A stretch of DNA of 64,000 nucleotides from the human T2T-CHM13v2.0 reference genome, Homo sapiens: NCBI RefSeq assembly GCF_009914755.1, contig NC_060936.1, one strand, 5' to 3'. Below the pieces are notes generated by a model. The model was given only the letters and a program-made list of their open reading frames with translations, had not been told where the DNA came from and did not search any database. Position numbers and translations under genes: made by a program. Position 1 is the first letter of the stretch; every line of letters begins with the position of its first letter. Of this stretch, positions 47,383 to 64,000 are shown piece by piece.

Positions 47383-47941
47383 TTTTTTTTTTTTTTAATT
47401 TAAGTTCTAGGGTACATGTGCACAACGTGCAGGTTTGTTACATGTGTATACATGTGCCATGTTGGTGTGTGGCACCCGTTAACTTGTCATTTACATTAGG
47501 TATATCTCCTAATGCTATCCCTCCCACCCCCACCCCCTGGCAGGCCTTGGTGTGTGATGTTCCCCACCCTGTGTCCATGTGTTCTCATTGTTCAATTCCC
47601 ACCTATGAGTGAGAACACACGTGTTTGGGTTTTTGTCCTTGCGATACTTTGCCAAGAATGATGGTTTCCAGCTTCATCCATGTCCCTACAAAGGACATGA
47701 ACTCATCATTTTTATGGCTGCATAGTATTCCATGGTGTATATGTGCCACATTTTCTTAATCCAGTCTATCATTGATGGACATTTGGGTTGGTTCCAAGTC
47801 TTTGCTATTATGAATAGTGCCACAATAAACATATGTGTACCTGTGTCTTTATAACAGCATGATTTATAATCCTTTGGGTATGTGCCCAGTAATGGGATGG
47901 CTGGGTCAAATGGTATTTCTAGTTCTAGATCCTTGAGGAAT
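47383..47941 (-). mobile_element. 5'-truncated L1PA (about PA6-7)
   Basis: L1PA 3'UTR; TSD tgcctaagtggcc at 47370 and 47942. Confidence 0.95.
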
Positions 47942-48039
47942 TGCCTAAGTGGCCATGTTTATATTGGGTAATCTTTAAATGACTTTATTTGCAAGTCTGA
48001 GTAATATACTCATAGAAACAAGAATCACAGTTAAGGGAA

Positions 48040-48260
48040 GGGAAACTAATATTTGAGCTTGAGACACTTTCCATATCCAAGTCCAATTGAATCCTCCCAA
48101 TCACCCAATAAAGAGATCTTATTATTCCCATTTTATATGTTAAACAACCAAAACTCAGAGAGGTTAATTAATACTCTCAAAATCACTCTTCTAGGGGTGG
48201 TGGAGCCTAAGTTTGAATGCAGCTCTGGCTCCCAAACCTGTCCATTTTCTACTATGTCAT
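48040..48260 (-). mobile_element. MIR
   Basis: 'attattcccattttatatg...aaactcagagaggttaatt...ggagcctaagtttgaatgcag'. Confidence 0.7.
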
Positions 48261-48413
48261 GCTCAAAGGCATATTCTGCTTTTGTCCATTGTCAGCCTAT
48301 GTGCATTTAAGTTTCCCACACAAATTCAAGAAGAATTTTATCCATCAATTCACATGACCTTGAGTATTAATTTAGTTTAAAAATCTTTCCCCTTATGATT
48401 TAAAAAATATTCA

Positions 48414-48740
<327 letters not shown>

Positions 48741-49043
48741 AGAGAAGAAAGAAAGATAAAGAAGGAAAGAAAGAAAGTAAGAAAGAGAAGGAAAAAGGAG
48801 AAGGAGGGAGGGAATGAAGGGAGGGAAGGGAAGAAGGAAGGAAGGGAAGGAGGAAGGGAAGGAAGGGAGGGAGGGAGGCAGAGAGGGAGGGAAGGAAGAA
48901 GGAAGGAAGGAAGGAGGGAGAGAATGAAGGAAGGAAGGGAAAAAGGAAGGGAAGCAGGAAGGGAAGGAAGGAAGGAAAGAAGGAAGGAAGGGAGGGAGGA
49001 AAGGAGGGGAGGAGGGAAGGAAGGAAGGAAGGAAAGAAGGGAA
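48741..49043. repeat. About 300-bp polypurine (GGAA/GGAG/GAAA) tract, expanded Alu tail
   Basis: Directly visible. Confidence 0.95.
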
Positions 49044-49048
49044 AATTA

Positions 49049-49591
<543 letters not shown>

Positions 49592-50369
49592 AAAAGCTGA
49601 CTGCATATTAGTCATCTACACACAGAAGAAGTAATGCTACATTAAAAGTAAAAACAGAGCACGGATTTCCCTGCAGCTCATTGTATATATACATACTGCC
49701 TTCTACCTACCAAGAGGGAAGCTGCTCCCCTAGACTGTGAGCTTTCCAATGGGAAAGGTTGTGTTTTGCTTGTCCTTGAGTCCCTAGCATCTAGTGTAGT
49801 GCCTATTACATCGGTTCTCAATAAATGTTGAATTGAACTAGATGTTTCTTTGAGAGTTTACACTGATTCCATAGAGCTCAAATGTGTAAGCAGCTTACTA
49901 AATATTAAGCAGATTTCCTGAACTGGCCAGAAGCTTTTGTAGATGTTTCAGTGCTCAGGGGTTCTAATTTTGCATGTAACCATAAAAATGGGAAGAAATG
50001 ACACTGATCTGCTAAATTGAGTTGTTTTGCTGTCAACCAACTTTGTGAGTCTCCAGGTCTACTTGCAAGAAAGAGTTTCTGAGAGACCTGATGATAGATA
50101 AGACAAACATCTAGAGAACAGAAAGTGTTTTTAAGATGAGCAGTTGCAGATTGCAAGTGTGGCTTAAAATTGCAATCTTGTTAATATATGTAAATAAGAA
50201 AGTACATGTACTAAGGTATTCTCACACCTCACGTCTCCTATTCACCCTCAATAGGTCAGATTTTCTCTTACATCTCCCCCCAAATTACAGCCATCTGATG
50301 CTAACTCCCTTAACTTCTCTTCCCTTGGCCCCTAAACTTTATTATAAGCACCCAGCCTTCCCTCCACAT

Positions 50370-51405
50370 CTCTTATACTAATTAGAGAAAGACGTAGCCT
50401 TACTTTTAGGTCAACCTCTCCACCTCTGTTCAAACACCATATTCTTCTTTCTCCTGTCCTTGGCCCATATTCTCATTTCCTCACCCAGAGTAAGTTCTCC
50501 TTGAGTCTCTTTTCCCTAAAACTTCAATTCTCTTTTATTCTTCAACCCATCATCTTTCCAGAGCATTCCTCCTCTCAGTTTCAGACTCACCATTCGCCCA
50601 GTCTCTCAGGCTAAAAACTTCGCAATTATCCTCAACTCCCTGTCTTCCTTATCAAATTAATCACTCAGGCCAATTGAATTGCATTTCAGAAATATCTCTT
50701 GAATACATTTATTCTTTGTCTCCTCTTTGCCTTGCTTTGGCTCAAATTTTGATAGCCATTTCCCTGAACTATTGCAATAGCCACCATATACTTCTTTCTA
50801 CCAGATGTCTTTTCTTTTCCAGGTCAACTTCTACATCAACACCACCACCTGAATTATTTTTCAAATAATGAATCTGATTGGTTTACTTCTCTGCTCAAAC
50901 TTTGGCTCTGCATTGCTGATCAAATAGAGACCAAGCTCTTGGGCGTGGCACTAACTGCCCATCAATCCTACTTTGCATTGCTTACCCTAGGCTGCTGCCA
51001 CATTGAGCTTCCTGCTGTCCCATGCCCTGGGATGCCACAAGCCTCTTCATATGTCGGTTCTTCTGTCTGGAATGCCTTTCTCGTTCTCCTCCCGAGAAAT
51101 TCCTACCTGGTCTTCAATGTTGCCTAAACAGCACCACTTCTGAGAAGTCAACATTGATGTGTTGCTCTCTGAAGAGTTAGATGCCCCCTCTTCTGTGTGC
51201 CAATAGCACACAGAATAATGTTTTATATTTCCATTTTAACGCTTATGTTGTTTTAAAGATTTTTGAAAAAAAATCTCTCATTCTTTACTGCTACTCTACA
51301 AACTAAACTCCTTGAGGACAGGAATCAAATTTTATTTGTCTTTGTATCCCCTATATCCAGGGCAGTGATGGACATGTAGTAGAGACATTTATTGAGTGAG
51401 TGATG
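50370..51405 (+). mobile_element. L2 (long degraded fragment)
   Basis: 'ggctaaaaacttcgcaattatcctcaactcc', 'ctgaactattgcaatagcc', 'gtctggaatgcc', 3' end 'aaactccttgaggacagg...gtagtagagacatttattgagtgagtga'. Confidence 0.7.
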
Positions 51406-53614
51406 GAAGCAGCAGCAGTTTTCTCCTGAGCAGTTCCAGGCAGTGGGTGTGAAGTTAGCAATACTTTTTTAAAAACTATGCAAGAGAAAGTACATTAAGT
51501 GAATAGGCTACTCTGGCAGGGTAATATACCCCAAAGACAAGTACAAATGATATTTACTTTTTTCTTATTATTTGGATCAACTGATACTGTAGATTACTAT
51601 TTGGGTGAACTCTGTCTCTTCTTCCTTCCTGTAATATTGATCTAATTGAGAATATAAGTCCTGCTCTTAGATTACCCACACCATTGTGCCCCTTGCCCAG
51701 CATAAACGGTTGGGAGTTACCTATAATTGCTGTCTCATTCTGGGATAACCAATTTGGGTGCTATATCCCGGACAATTGTGGGTCATACATAACAGAACTT
51801 GGTATGGGTTCTCCAAAATTTTCCCTGGCTGAAATATTTATTTTAAGTGTTTGCTGTTTTCACCTTCAAACTCTGGAAACTTTTTCTTTCCATTTTGTTC
51901 ACTCCTATATCTCAAGCAATTGTAACAGTGACTGATACATAGTCGGTACTTGATAAATGGTTTTCGAATGAGTGAAAGCATTTTTATTATCTTCAGATAT
52001 TTCATACATATAATATAATATATATAACTTAAATATAAGATGAAATAATTAGGACATATACCCATGTCCTACCACACAGCTTAAGAGATAGATTATTGTT
52101 AATATTGGTGAAGCCTGTTTGGTGTCCCTATCTGATTATATCTCTTTTCATTCCCTTTGGAGGAAACCTCCACTCCAGATTTTGCATTTATCATTCATCG
52201 CATTTCATTACATTTTGGCTACATATAGATTCTTTACAATATATTATTTAGTTTCTGATGTGTTTTACTGTGTGTAAAAGTTCTGTCATAATATATGAAT
52301 TATGTGGCAACCTGCTTTTTTCTCTCAACATTATGTTATGATACTCATCCCTATTGCTGGATATAGCTTTATTTCATTTTTACTGCTGTATTATACTTAA
52401 ATAAATAAACACACCACAATTTGTTTGGCCATTCTCCTGTCAATAGTTAGTCCAGTTGTTTTTAGGTCTTTGTTTTTTATAAACAATACTGTTATAAATA
52501 TTGTTGTACATGTCTCTAGAAATATATTTACAAAATTTTCTCTAGAATACATATTTAAGAACTTCTGGACACAGATAACCTTATACTCAGTAGTGAAACA
52601 TTGAAAGCTTTCTCTCTAAAAGCAGGAACAAAGCAAGGATGCCTGCTCTTGCCACTTCTATTCAACATAGCCCTGGAATTCCTGGCCAGAGCAGTCAAGC
52701 TAAAAAAATAAATAAATAAATTAAAGGTCAAATGATCTTTGACAAAAGTGCCAAGACACATAAAGGTGAAAGGATTATCTCTTCAACAAATGGAGTTGAG
52801 AAAACTGAATGAGAAAGAATGAAACTGGACCATTACCTAAGGCCCTGTAGAAAAATTAACTCAAATTGTGTTAGAGACCCAAACATAAGACCGAAAACTA
52901 TAAGACTTGCCAAAAAAATAGGAGAAAAGCTGCATGACATTAGATTTGACATGATTTCTTGGACATGACATAAAAGTACAGGCAACAGAAGCAAAAATAG
53001 GCAATTGAAACTACATCAAACTTAAAAACTTCTGCACAGCAAAGGAAACAATCAACAGAGTGAAAAAGCAACCTATGGAATAGGAGAAAATATTTGCAAG
53101 CCATATGTCTGATAAGGGGTTAATATCCAGAATATATAAAGAAGTCCTACAACTCACAAACAACACAAAATATAATTTATTAGAAAATGGGCAAAGGACT
53201 TGAATAGATATTTCTTCAAAGAAGATACACAAGTGGCCAAGAAGTATATGAAGAGATGCTTTACATCACTAATCATTGGGGAGATGCAAATCAAAGCCAC
53301 AAGGAGATCCTGGACAATTGTGGGTCATACCTAACAGCACTTGGTATGGGTTTTCTAAAATTTTCCCTGTGTGAAATATTTATTTTAAGCATTTCCTGTT
53401 TTCATCTTCAAACTCCAGAAACTTTTTTTCTTTCTGTTTTGTTTACTCTTCTTTTCTGTTTTGTTCACCACCTCACATGTTAGGATAGTCATTATTTTAA
53501 AAATTAAAAAATAACAAGTGTTGGTTAGGATGTGGAGAACTGTAACCCTTGTGTACTGTTGGCAAGGGTGTAACATGATGCAGCTGCCTTGGAAAACAGG
53601 ATTGAGGTTTCTCA

Positions 53615-54262
<648 letters not shown>

Positions 54263-55671
54263 AATATAATTACCATATGATCTAGCAATCCCACTTTTAG
54301 GTATTTATCCGAAAGAATTGAAAATAGGGTCTCAGAGATATTTGTAGTTGTGTTCATTGCAGTATTACTCACAATAATCAAGAGGTAAAACCAACCTAAA
54401 TGTCCACAAACTGATAAATGGACTTAAAAATGTGGTGTATTATCCAGCCTTAAAAAAAAAAAAAAAGGAAATCTTGTCATATGCTACAATATGGATGAAC
54501 CTTGAAGATATTATGTTAAGTGAAATAAGCCAGTCACAAAAAGACAAATCCTGTGTAATTCCACTTTTATAAGATATCTAAAATAGCCAAACTCTTAGAA
54601 ACAGAAAGTAGAATTGTTGCTAAGGGCCGTGGGGAGGGCGAAAAGGATTGCTTGTTCAATGCATATAGAGTTTCAGCTTTGCAAATTGAAAAAGGTCTAG
54701 AGATCTATAGCACAACAATGTACATACAGTTAACACTACTGTACTATATACTTAAATAAAGTTAAAATGATAAATTTTAAGTTATGTGGTTTTGATCACA
54801 ATTTAAAAAAAAGAACTGGCAGATGATGGGGTATGCACATCTTCAACTGCAGAAGATAAAACTAAATTGTTTCCAAAGTCATTGTGCCAATGTACACACT
54901 CACTAGCAGTGTATAAGACTTCCAGTTGCTCCATATCCTCATCAGCATTTGGTATTATCATACCCTTTTCCTCCTAAACACTAGATAGCCAGGTATATAC
55001 TTCTTAAATTTTACTAATCTGATGGATTATTTTAATTTGCATTTTATTGATTACTAGAGTTTGAGAATCTTTTTGGCTATTTATTGGCTATTTGGATTTT
55101 CACTTAAGTGAATAGCCTATGCATGTCTTTTGCACATTATTCTATTGTTCCAGTTGTCTTTTTTTACAGATTTAAAAAATCAATTCTTTACATATTCTGT
55201 GTACAAATTCTTTATAAGTCATTGAGTAACATATATCTTCCAGTTTGTGACTTGTCTTGTAGCCTTGTAAATGGAGCCTTTAAAGAAAACAAGTTTTTAA
55301 TGTAGTTGAATTTATTCATCTCTTCCATTATGATTTGCTCTTTTTATATCTTACTCTAAGAAATCTTCCCCTACCCTGAGATCATAAAGACATTCTGTGT
55401 TTTCTCATAAAACATTAAAGTTGTGCTAGAATTGATTTTTGAAGAGGTATGAGGCCTGGGAATAGAAATCAAGAGAGGCTTTCCTTCTTTACACAGAAGG
55501 CAGATGCCAAAGGTAGTCTATCTGCATAGAATTAGAGCTGAAGCTGCTGCAGAGAAAGTTGGTTTAACCTCAGGAAGTGTTGTCTGTCCATGAGGGTTTG
55601 CAAAGTTTCAGTGACTCACTGAAGCAATGGAATCCATTTAATTTTGTTTGGTGGCAGGAGTTGGGTTCTTA

Positions 55672-56067
<396 letters not shown>

Positions 56068-57836
56068 CTACCCAGCATTCTCTGTCCCTGCCTCCCTACT
56101 TCCCTTATCCTTCACCTGAAACTTCCTATTTAGTGGAAACAAAATAATCTCAACAGAACATGGCCAAAAATCACAATAGGAAGGATAAAAGAGAGTTACA
56201 AATACTCTACTTGAGGATCAACAGCAGACTAGACTCACTTTCCCTAGAGCCTTTCCAAGTCGAACTATGATGGCTTTGAGTGGAAGAAAGAGAAGATGAC
56301 TTCTAGAGATGACTTGTATTTGGATCTCCGTGGAGGATATTTTCTGAGTCTTATGGTTTGGTCAGCTGAAAAATCCTTCTTGTGCTTCTTAACCTAGGGT
56401 GGCTGCCCCAAAGAGGAAGTTTCAGAAGGAGTCAATGGAGGAGGTCTGGGGGAGAAAAAGAGAAAGGCTGTCCTCTGGAGCAGAACAGAAACAGTGGACT
56501 GTGGAGGAAAGCTTTAGAGGGATAGATGACAGAGTGGGATGGATGGCACTCCTGGCTCCTCCAAAGGATATCATCATCAATCTTTAGTTTTTCATCCTAT
56601 GCAAGTGAAGGAGAGCAAGAGAGGAAATTATTACATGGCCCTTGGTTTTCTCAGTACTGCCAATAAAAGAGATTTATGGAGTGAAACTTAGAGCATAGGG
56701 TTCTAGAAAATGCTCACATAGCCTTCAGGAACACTCACCAACCAGATTTGTGCATGTGTGCATGCATACACCACTCCCCACCCTATGTGAATACGCATAC
56801 ATTCACCTCCATAGAAACAGCGTGTATGCAACAGTGAGCAACACAATTTCACTATACTTTTCAGAAGTAACCCTGTCCATTCTTCTGTTTCCACATAGGC
56901 TCTAAGCTAGGTCCCACCACTCTTGTAGATTTTCTTCAAGTTGACATGGTGTGAGGCTGTCAAAGTGATGAGGAGTTGCAGAAGTCTGCACTAAAGATTT
57001 TGGATTGAATGTGGTAAATGATTGCTCTTGAGGAAGGACATGAGGAAATTAGCGTTAACGACATACAAGAGAGAGTTAGCTCTGATTCACTAGAGACAGG
57101 GAGAATCAGGAGACTATGCTGTGAAACAGATGCAAAAGGTGACTCCTGCAAACTTGAGCTAAGAAATCAGGACTGCAACTGCAAAGACCAGACAGACGGA
57201 ACCTGGGGGAATTTGAATCTGTCTCCCGTCTGCTCTCTATTTTGAATTTCTTGTGAGTTGGTGTACAGCCAGGGCTGAGGGAGAGAGAACTTTGATTTCA
57301 TGTTGTGGGGTGTTCTAATGAGGAAGGCTGCTGCCCTGTCTGGACCTCTCCAGAGTTTTCTTGGAGGCCTGCAAACAAGGACTTCTGAGCCAAAACCATG
57401 GCTAAGTCCTGGCTGGTTTGAAGCAGCCTCTTAGACAAACTGAGAGAGAGAAAAGGAAAGGAAGATTTGGGCTGTGGAGGGAGCAACTCAGCCGTCTTCT
57501 AGCCCACTGTTGGGACTTTTAATTCACCTCACACTGATCATCACCACTCTTTCCTCAAAAGCCTTCTTTCCTTTCCTTGATTTCAGTGTTAATGGCTGGG
57601 AAGTTACTTTTGGTGTTCAACTTCACTCCCTTGTGCTTCACTGGTAACAACATTTAGGACATGCATGCAGAAGACTTTAGTAAGTTTAAAATTAATTACA
57701 GAGTCATCATAGAACCTCATTTGTTTTTATTTGCCATTTATTAAGTTTTCATTTTTAAAATAAGTTTTATTTTTATTTTATTTGCCATTTATTAAGTTGA
57801 ACCATACGTAACTGCTGGCATATTTGACCACTTTAG

Positions 57837-58160
<324 letters not shown>

Positions 58161-58204
58161 TTTCAACACAATATTAAGAACCTATGTGTGCTCAATAAGA
58201 CTAT

Positions 58205-58448
58205 GAGGCAATTTGGTAATGGTTAAAAACTGCTTTTTTTTTTCCTTCCAGCTCAGCTCCACCATCTAGTTTTGAGTAAGTTACTTAACTTCTCTATGTC
58301 TCTGTTTCCTCTTCCTTAGGATGAAGATAATAATAGGACTTAACTTCACAGGGTTGTTGTGAGAATTTAAATGAGCTGTTATATGTAACACTTAGAAAAG
58401 TGCCTAACTCAAAGCAAGCTCTATATAAATATTGGCTATTATTATTAT
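58205..58448 (+). mobile_element. MIR
   Basis: 'gttacttaacttctctatgtctctgtttcctc...cagggttgttgtgagaatttaaatgag'. Confidence 0.75.
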
Positions 58449-58959
58449 ACACCAATCACTCTTATGTCACTTAATTTTATTACTATTCTAAGCATACACA
58501 AATATATAGATAGTAAGAAAATTAACACCTGTATGCCCACCTCCCAGCTTAGACATAACACATTAAAAATATAATGGAAACCCAATGGGTGTTCTTTCCC
58601 TCTCACATTACTGTCCCTTTATTCTTGGAGATAACCTCTGTTCTGAATTTGGTGCTTAACCTTACCATTAACGTTTCTCTATTTTAGTACATGTGTATGT
58701 AACATATGCCAGATGCAGTACTATTTATGTTTCTTAATTTTTATAAATGGTGTCATATCATACTTCTCCCTTTTCATCTTGCTTTTGTTGCTTAATATTA
58801 TGTTTTTGATACTTATCTATGTGACTGCATGAAGCTTTAATTGTATTCATTTTAACTGCTGTGTAACATGCCAATGTACAGAATGTGTGATAGTTTACTT
58901 AGCTATTCTCCTTTGGGAGAATATTGAGATTGCTTTCAAATCTTTGCTGTTACCAACTA

Positions 58960-59670
<711 letters not shown>

Positions 59671-59947
59671 GTGTTGGAGAAATGCTACAGAGAATATTCC
59701 AGTTCGTTTCTCCTTGTGCCCAAGAGCAAGTGCTTCCCCAGAGTATACAGTGGGGAGTGGAATTGCTGGGTTGCAGAGTATGTACACCTTCAAAGATACT
59801 TCATATAGCCAAATTGCTCTCCAAGGAGGTTATACCAATTTGTAATACCACCAGAAGTATGAAAGTTCCAATTATTTCATAACCTTTTCAGTACTTGGTA
59901 TTGGCAGCCTTTTTTATTTTGCTGATAAGATGGTGTGAAATTATTCC

Positions 59948-60217
<270 letters not shown>

Positions 60218-60257
60218 ATTATTCCCATTTTTAACATGTGTTTTTCTGATTTTCTGA

Positions 60258-60625
<368 letters not shown>

Positions 60626-61589
60626 TGCTCATTATTTTTTTAAATTGAATTGTCTTTTTCTTATTGATTTTTAGAGTCCTTCACATATCTTGAATGTTAA
60701 TACTTTGTCTAATATCTGCATTGTAAATACCTTCTGCCAGTCTGCAACTTATATAGCAGTGATAGTTAATGGTGTTTTTAAAAGAATGAAGAGTATTTAA
60801 TCTTAATTTTATCAAATTTTTTCAAACTTTTCCTTATGATTTTGTTTTCTGTGTCATGTTTAGGCAATTATTTCCTATTCCAAGGTCATACAGGTTTCTC
60901 ATTTATTCCCTCATTTGCTTATTTGACAAATATACTGAATGCGTGCTTTGTGCCAGGTACTGTTCTAGGCTTGGCAGAAACAACTGTGAGTAAGACAAAA
61001 GACCCAACCTTAATGACTTAGATTCTAGTGTGGGAGAGAGACAATAAACAATAGATAAATAGAAAATAAAACATGAAGAGAAAGTAAGATACAGAGATAA
61101 AGAGAAACCAATGGGCTGCTCTGTTAGAGTGGTCAGGAAAGGCCTCCCTGAGAAGGTAACATTCAGCAGAAAACAGAATATGATGAGGGAGCAAGAAATG
61201 GGAATATCTAAAGAGAAGAACATTCCAGGCAGGGGAAACAGCAAGTCCAAAGGCCCTAAGATGTTGGCGTGATTGATGGGTTATAGAACAGTCGAGAAAA
61301 TGGCTAGTGTAGCTAACTGGCATACATAAGGGGAAGAGCGGTAAGTGCTTACTTAGAGAAGTAACCAGGGATTTTATTCTGTGATGAGAAGCCACTGGAG
61401 GATGTTAAGCAGGGAATTGATTTACTTTTCACATGTTCATTATGACCACTATCATAACATCCAGGAGGCAAAAACGGAAGCATGTAGATGGGTCAAGAGT
61501 TTATTGCTATAGTCTAAATGAAAGGCGATAGTGACTTAGACCAGGGCAGTAGCAGAGAAAATTGTGAGAAGTGGTCAGATTCACACTAT

Positions 61590-61915
61590 ACAACATGACC
61601 CCAAAAGCACAGGCAACAAAAACAAAAACAGACAAATGGGATTGCATCAAACTTAAAAGTTTCTGTACAATAAAGGAACCAATTAACACAGTGAAGAGGC
61701 AACTCATAGATTGGGAGAAAATATTTGCCAATCATATATCAGATAGGGGGCTTATATCCAAAATATATAAGGAACTCAATAATAAGAAAACAAACTACTC
61801 AAACTACTCAATAATAAGAAAATTAAAAACTCTATTAAAAAAAAGCAAAGGACATGAATAGACATTTCTCAAAAGAAGACATATAAATGGCCAATAGATA
61901 GATGAAAAAATGCGC
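61590..61915 (+). mobile_element. Internal L1 ORF2 fragment without 3'UTR or poly(A)
   Basis: Encodes [24 protein letters not shown]...[22 protein letters not shown]. Confidence 0.88.
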
Positions 61916-62086
61916 AATATATTTTGAAGTTAGACCTAGTAAGATTTTCCAATGGATTTGATGAGGATGTTAGCACTATTTTCTTAAATGGGAACGTTGC
62001 AGGAGGAGAAGTTTTGGTGGTAAAATGCATACTTTGTTTTTGATCATGCTAATTTTGAGATGCCTATTAGAGGTCTAATTTGAAAC

Positions 62087-62224
62087 TTTTTTTTTTTTTT
62101 TTTGGTAGAGAAGGGGTTTTGCTTTGTTACCCAGGCTAGTCTTGAACTCCTGCCCTCAAGTGATCCCCCTGCCTTGGCCACCCAAAGTGCTGGGGTTACA
62201 GGTGTGAGCCACCTTGCCCAGCCA
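62087..62224 (-). mobile_element. Alu left monomer (FLAM-like)
   Basis: Single monomer with T-tail. Confidence 0.85.
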
Positions 62225-62352
62225 GCCAAGTTGAAATTCTGAACTGAATGTTGAATATATGAGTGTGGAGTTTAGGGAATAGATAGAGATGTAAATTTGA
62301 AAGTCACTAGCATAATGTTTCTTGCCTTAAATTCTCATATATTTTCCTCTAA

Positions 62353-62727
<375 letters not shown>

Positions 62728-63047
62728 TAATCCATTTGGAATTAATTTTTTTATATAGTGAGAGAAAAAGATTGAACTCTCCCCTCCCTGTGCCCATGAG
62801 TAGGCTTTCCCTCACTGGTTTGAAATGTCAGATATCAGATTTAAACAGCACAGATCTGTTTTCTGGGTTCTCTATTCTTTTAAGTTGGTCAATTTGACTA
62901 TCAAAGATTCATTATCACTGCTATCATAATATCCAGGAGGCAAAAATGGAAGCAAGAAGACTGGTTAAGGGTTTATTGCTATAGTCTAAATGAGAAGTTA
63001 TAACTTAGAACAGGGTCTGTGCAAATACTACACTGTCTTAATCATTA

Positions 63048-63165
63048 CATGATTCAGTCAGGGCTTAGTGCAAGAACAAGAACAACTCTAGATATTTCAA
63101 GCAGAAAGGAATTTACTACAGGGAATCTGATGCTTACAGAGTTGTTGGAAAGGCTAAAAAGAGCA
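63048..63165 (-). mobile_element. ERV-L/MaLR-class LTR fragment
   Basis: 'cagtcagggcttagtgcaagaacaagaacaactctagatatttcaagcagaaaggaatttactacaggg' resembles the reverse of MLT/ERVL LTR ends. Confidence 0.55.
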
Positions 63166-64000
63166 GGAGTCAAATATGGCTCACACACTCGGTCTTGTAA
63201 GACGGCACCCCAGCCTCACAAGGTGTTGTCTTCCAGCTGGCTGTGTAACTCTCTTCATTAGACCATTCTACCATTCCATAGTGTCAGCTGGGATTACAGG
63301 CATGAGCCTCCGCACTTGGCCCTTTAGGTATCTTAAAGTCAATTTTATCTCATATTATAGCATCTATTCTGGCCAGGCGCAGTGGCTCAGGGCTGTAATC
63401 CCAGCACGTTGGGAGGCTGAGGCGGGCGGATCACCTGAGGTCAGGAGTTCAAGATCAGCCTGGCCCATATAGTGAAACCCTCTCTACTAAAGATACAAAA
63501 AAATTAGCTGGGTGTCGTGGCACGTGCCTGTAATCTCAGCTACTCAGGAGGCTGAGGTGGCAGAATCACTTGAACCCGGGAGGTGGAGGTTGCAGTGAGC
63601 CGAGATGAGCACCACTGCACTCCAGCCTGGGCAACAGAGCAAGATTCCATCTCAAAAAAAAAAAAAAAAAAAAAAGATTTATTCCAGTGAGGGCAAAAAC
63701 ACTGCCTTCTGCATGATGGAGGGGGACCACTATAATCAACTCGCCTTGGCTGGTCCCTATGGTTAGAATGCCATATGGCTTGTTATTGGTCTCTGCTGTT
63801 GGCGGATTATCTCTTAGGAGACATAGTACCAAGATCTGCCGTGGTGAGAGAAAATATGTTTTGTTGAGCCCAGGCATAATTTCCAACTTGCCATCACGGC
63901 TACTGTGCTAGTGAGTCCTTTTAGCAATTCCTGGGTGGCTTGATAAAGAGGCTGACTGACATTTGCAGAACCAGGTCATCTCGTCCACCCAATTACCAAG
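63165..64000 (-). pseudogene. ERV-L-class pol fragment (RNase H C-terminus to integrase), frameshifted and interrupted
   Basis: Manual minus-strand translation across frameshifts gives NWVDEMT, SQPLYQAT, YAWAQQ, LTTADL, QQQRP, RVDYSGP, ALTGIN and MEW*NGLMK...QLEDNTL*GWGAVLQ, matching my recollection of ERV-L pol (YAWAQQHGLPLTKADL, WQVDYIGPLP, FVLTGID, IERWNGLLK..LGDNTLQGWG). Confidence 0.85.
63371..63675 (+). mobile_element. AluSx-like
   Basis: Full dimer with A-tail. Confidence 0.95.

Larger units (their letters stand above)
60903..62315 (-). mobile_element. L2 (long fragment), interrupted by an L1 piece and a FLAM
   Basis: 'gtgccaggtactgttctaggc', 'gaacattccaggcaggggaaacagcaagtccaaaggcc', 'atattttgaagttagacctagtaagattt'. 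Confidence 0.8.

Overview
This is hominoid, most likely human, genomic DNA: it carries AluY/S/J, L1PA, L1M, L2, MIR, MER5 and ERV-L relics. I find no intact protein-coding gene, RNA gene or CRISPR array, and I could not identify the host gene. Almost all listed ORFs are Alu, L1 or microsatellite artefacts. The only protein-like sequences are decayed retroelement remnants: an L1 ORF2 RT/C-terminal fragment (27562-29362, minus) and an ERV-L RNase H/integrase fragment (63165-64000, minus). The window reads like one long intron or intergenic stretch after a candidate non-coding exon with a perfect CAG|GTGAGT donor at 161/162, plus a few repeat-free patches with enhancer-like motif clusters. The most unusual signal is four separate short (about 47-140 bp), direct-orientation, non-tandem local duplications. 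In each, the copy lies 0.9-1.5 kb downstream of its donor, lands in an old repeat, and has no TSD or poly(A). They look like fossil templated insertions with a shared polarity. Also seen: an L1 3' transduction, a triple TSD, a captured filler replacing part of the ERV-L integrase, and closely spaced head-to-head Alus. Repeat subfamily names and percent identities are by-eye estimates, not search results.
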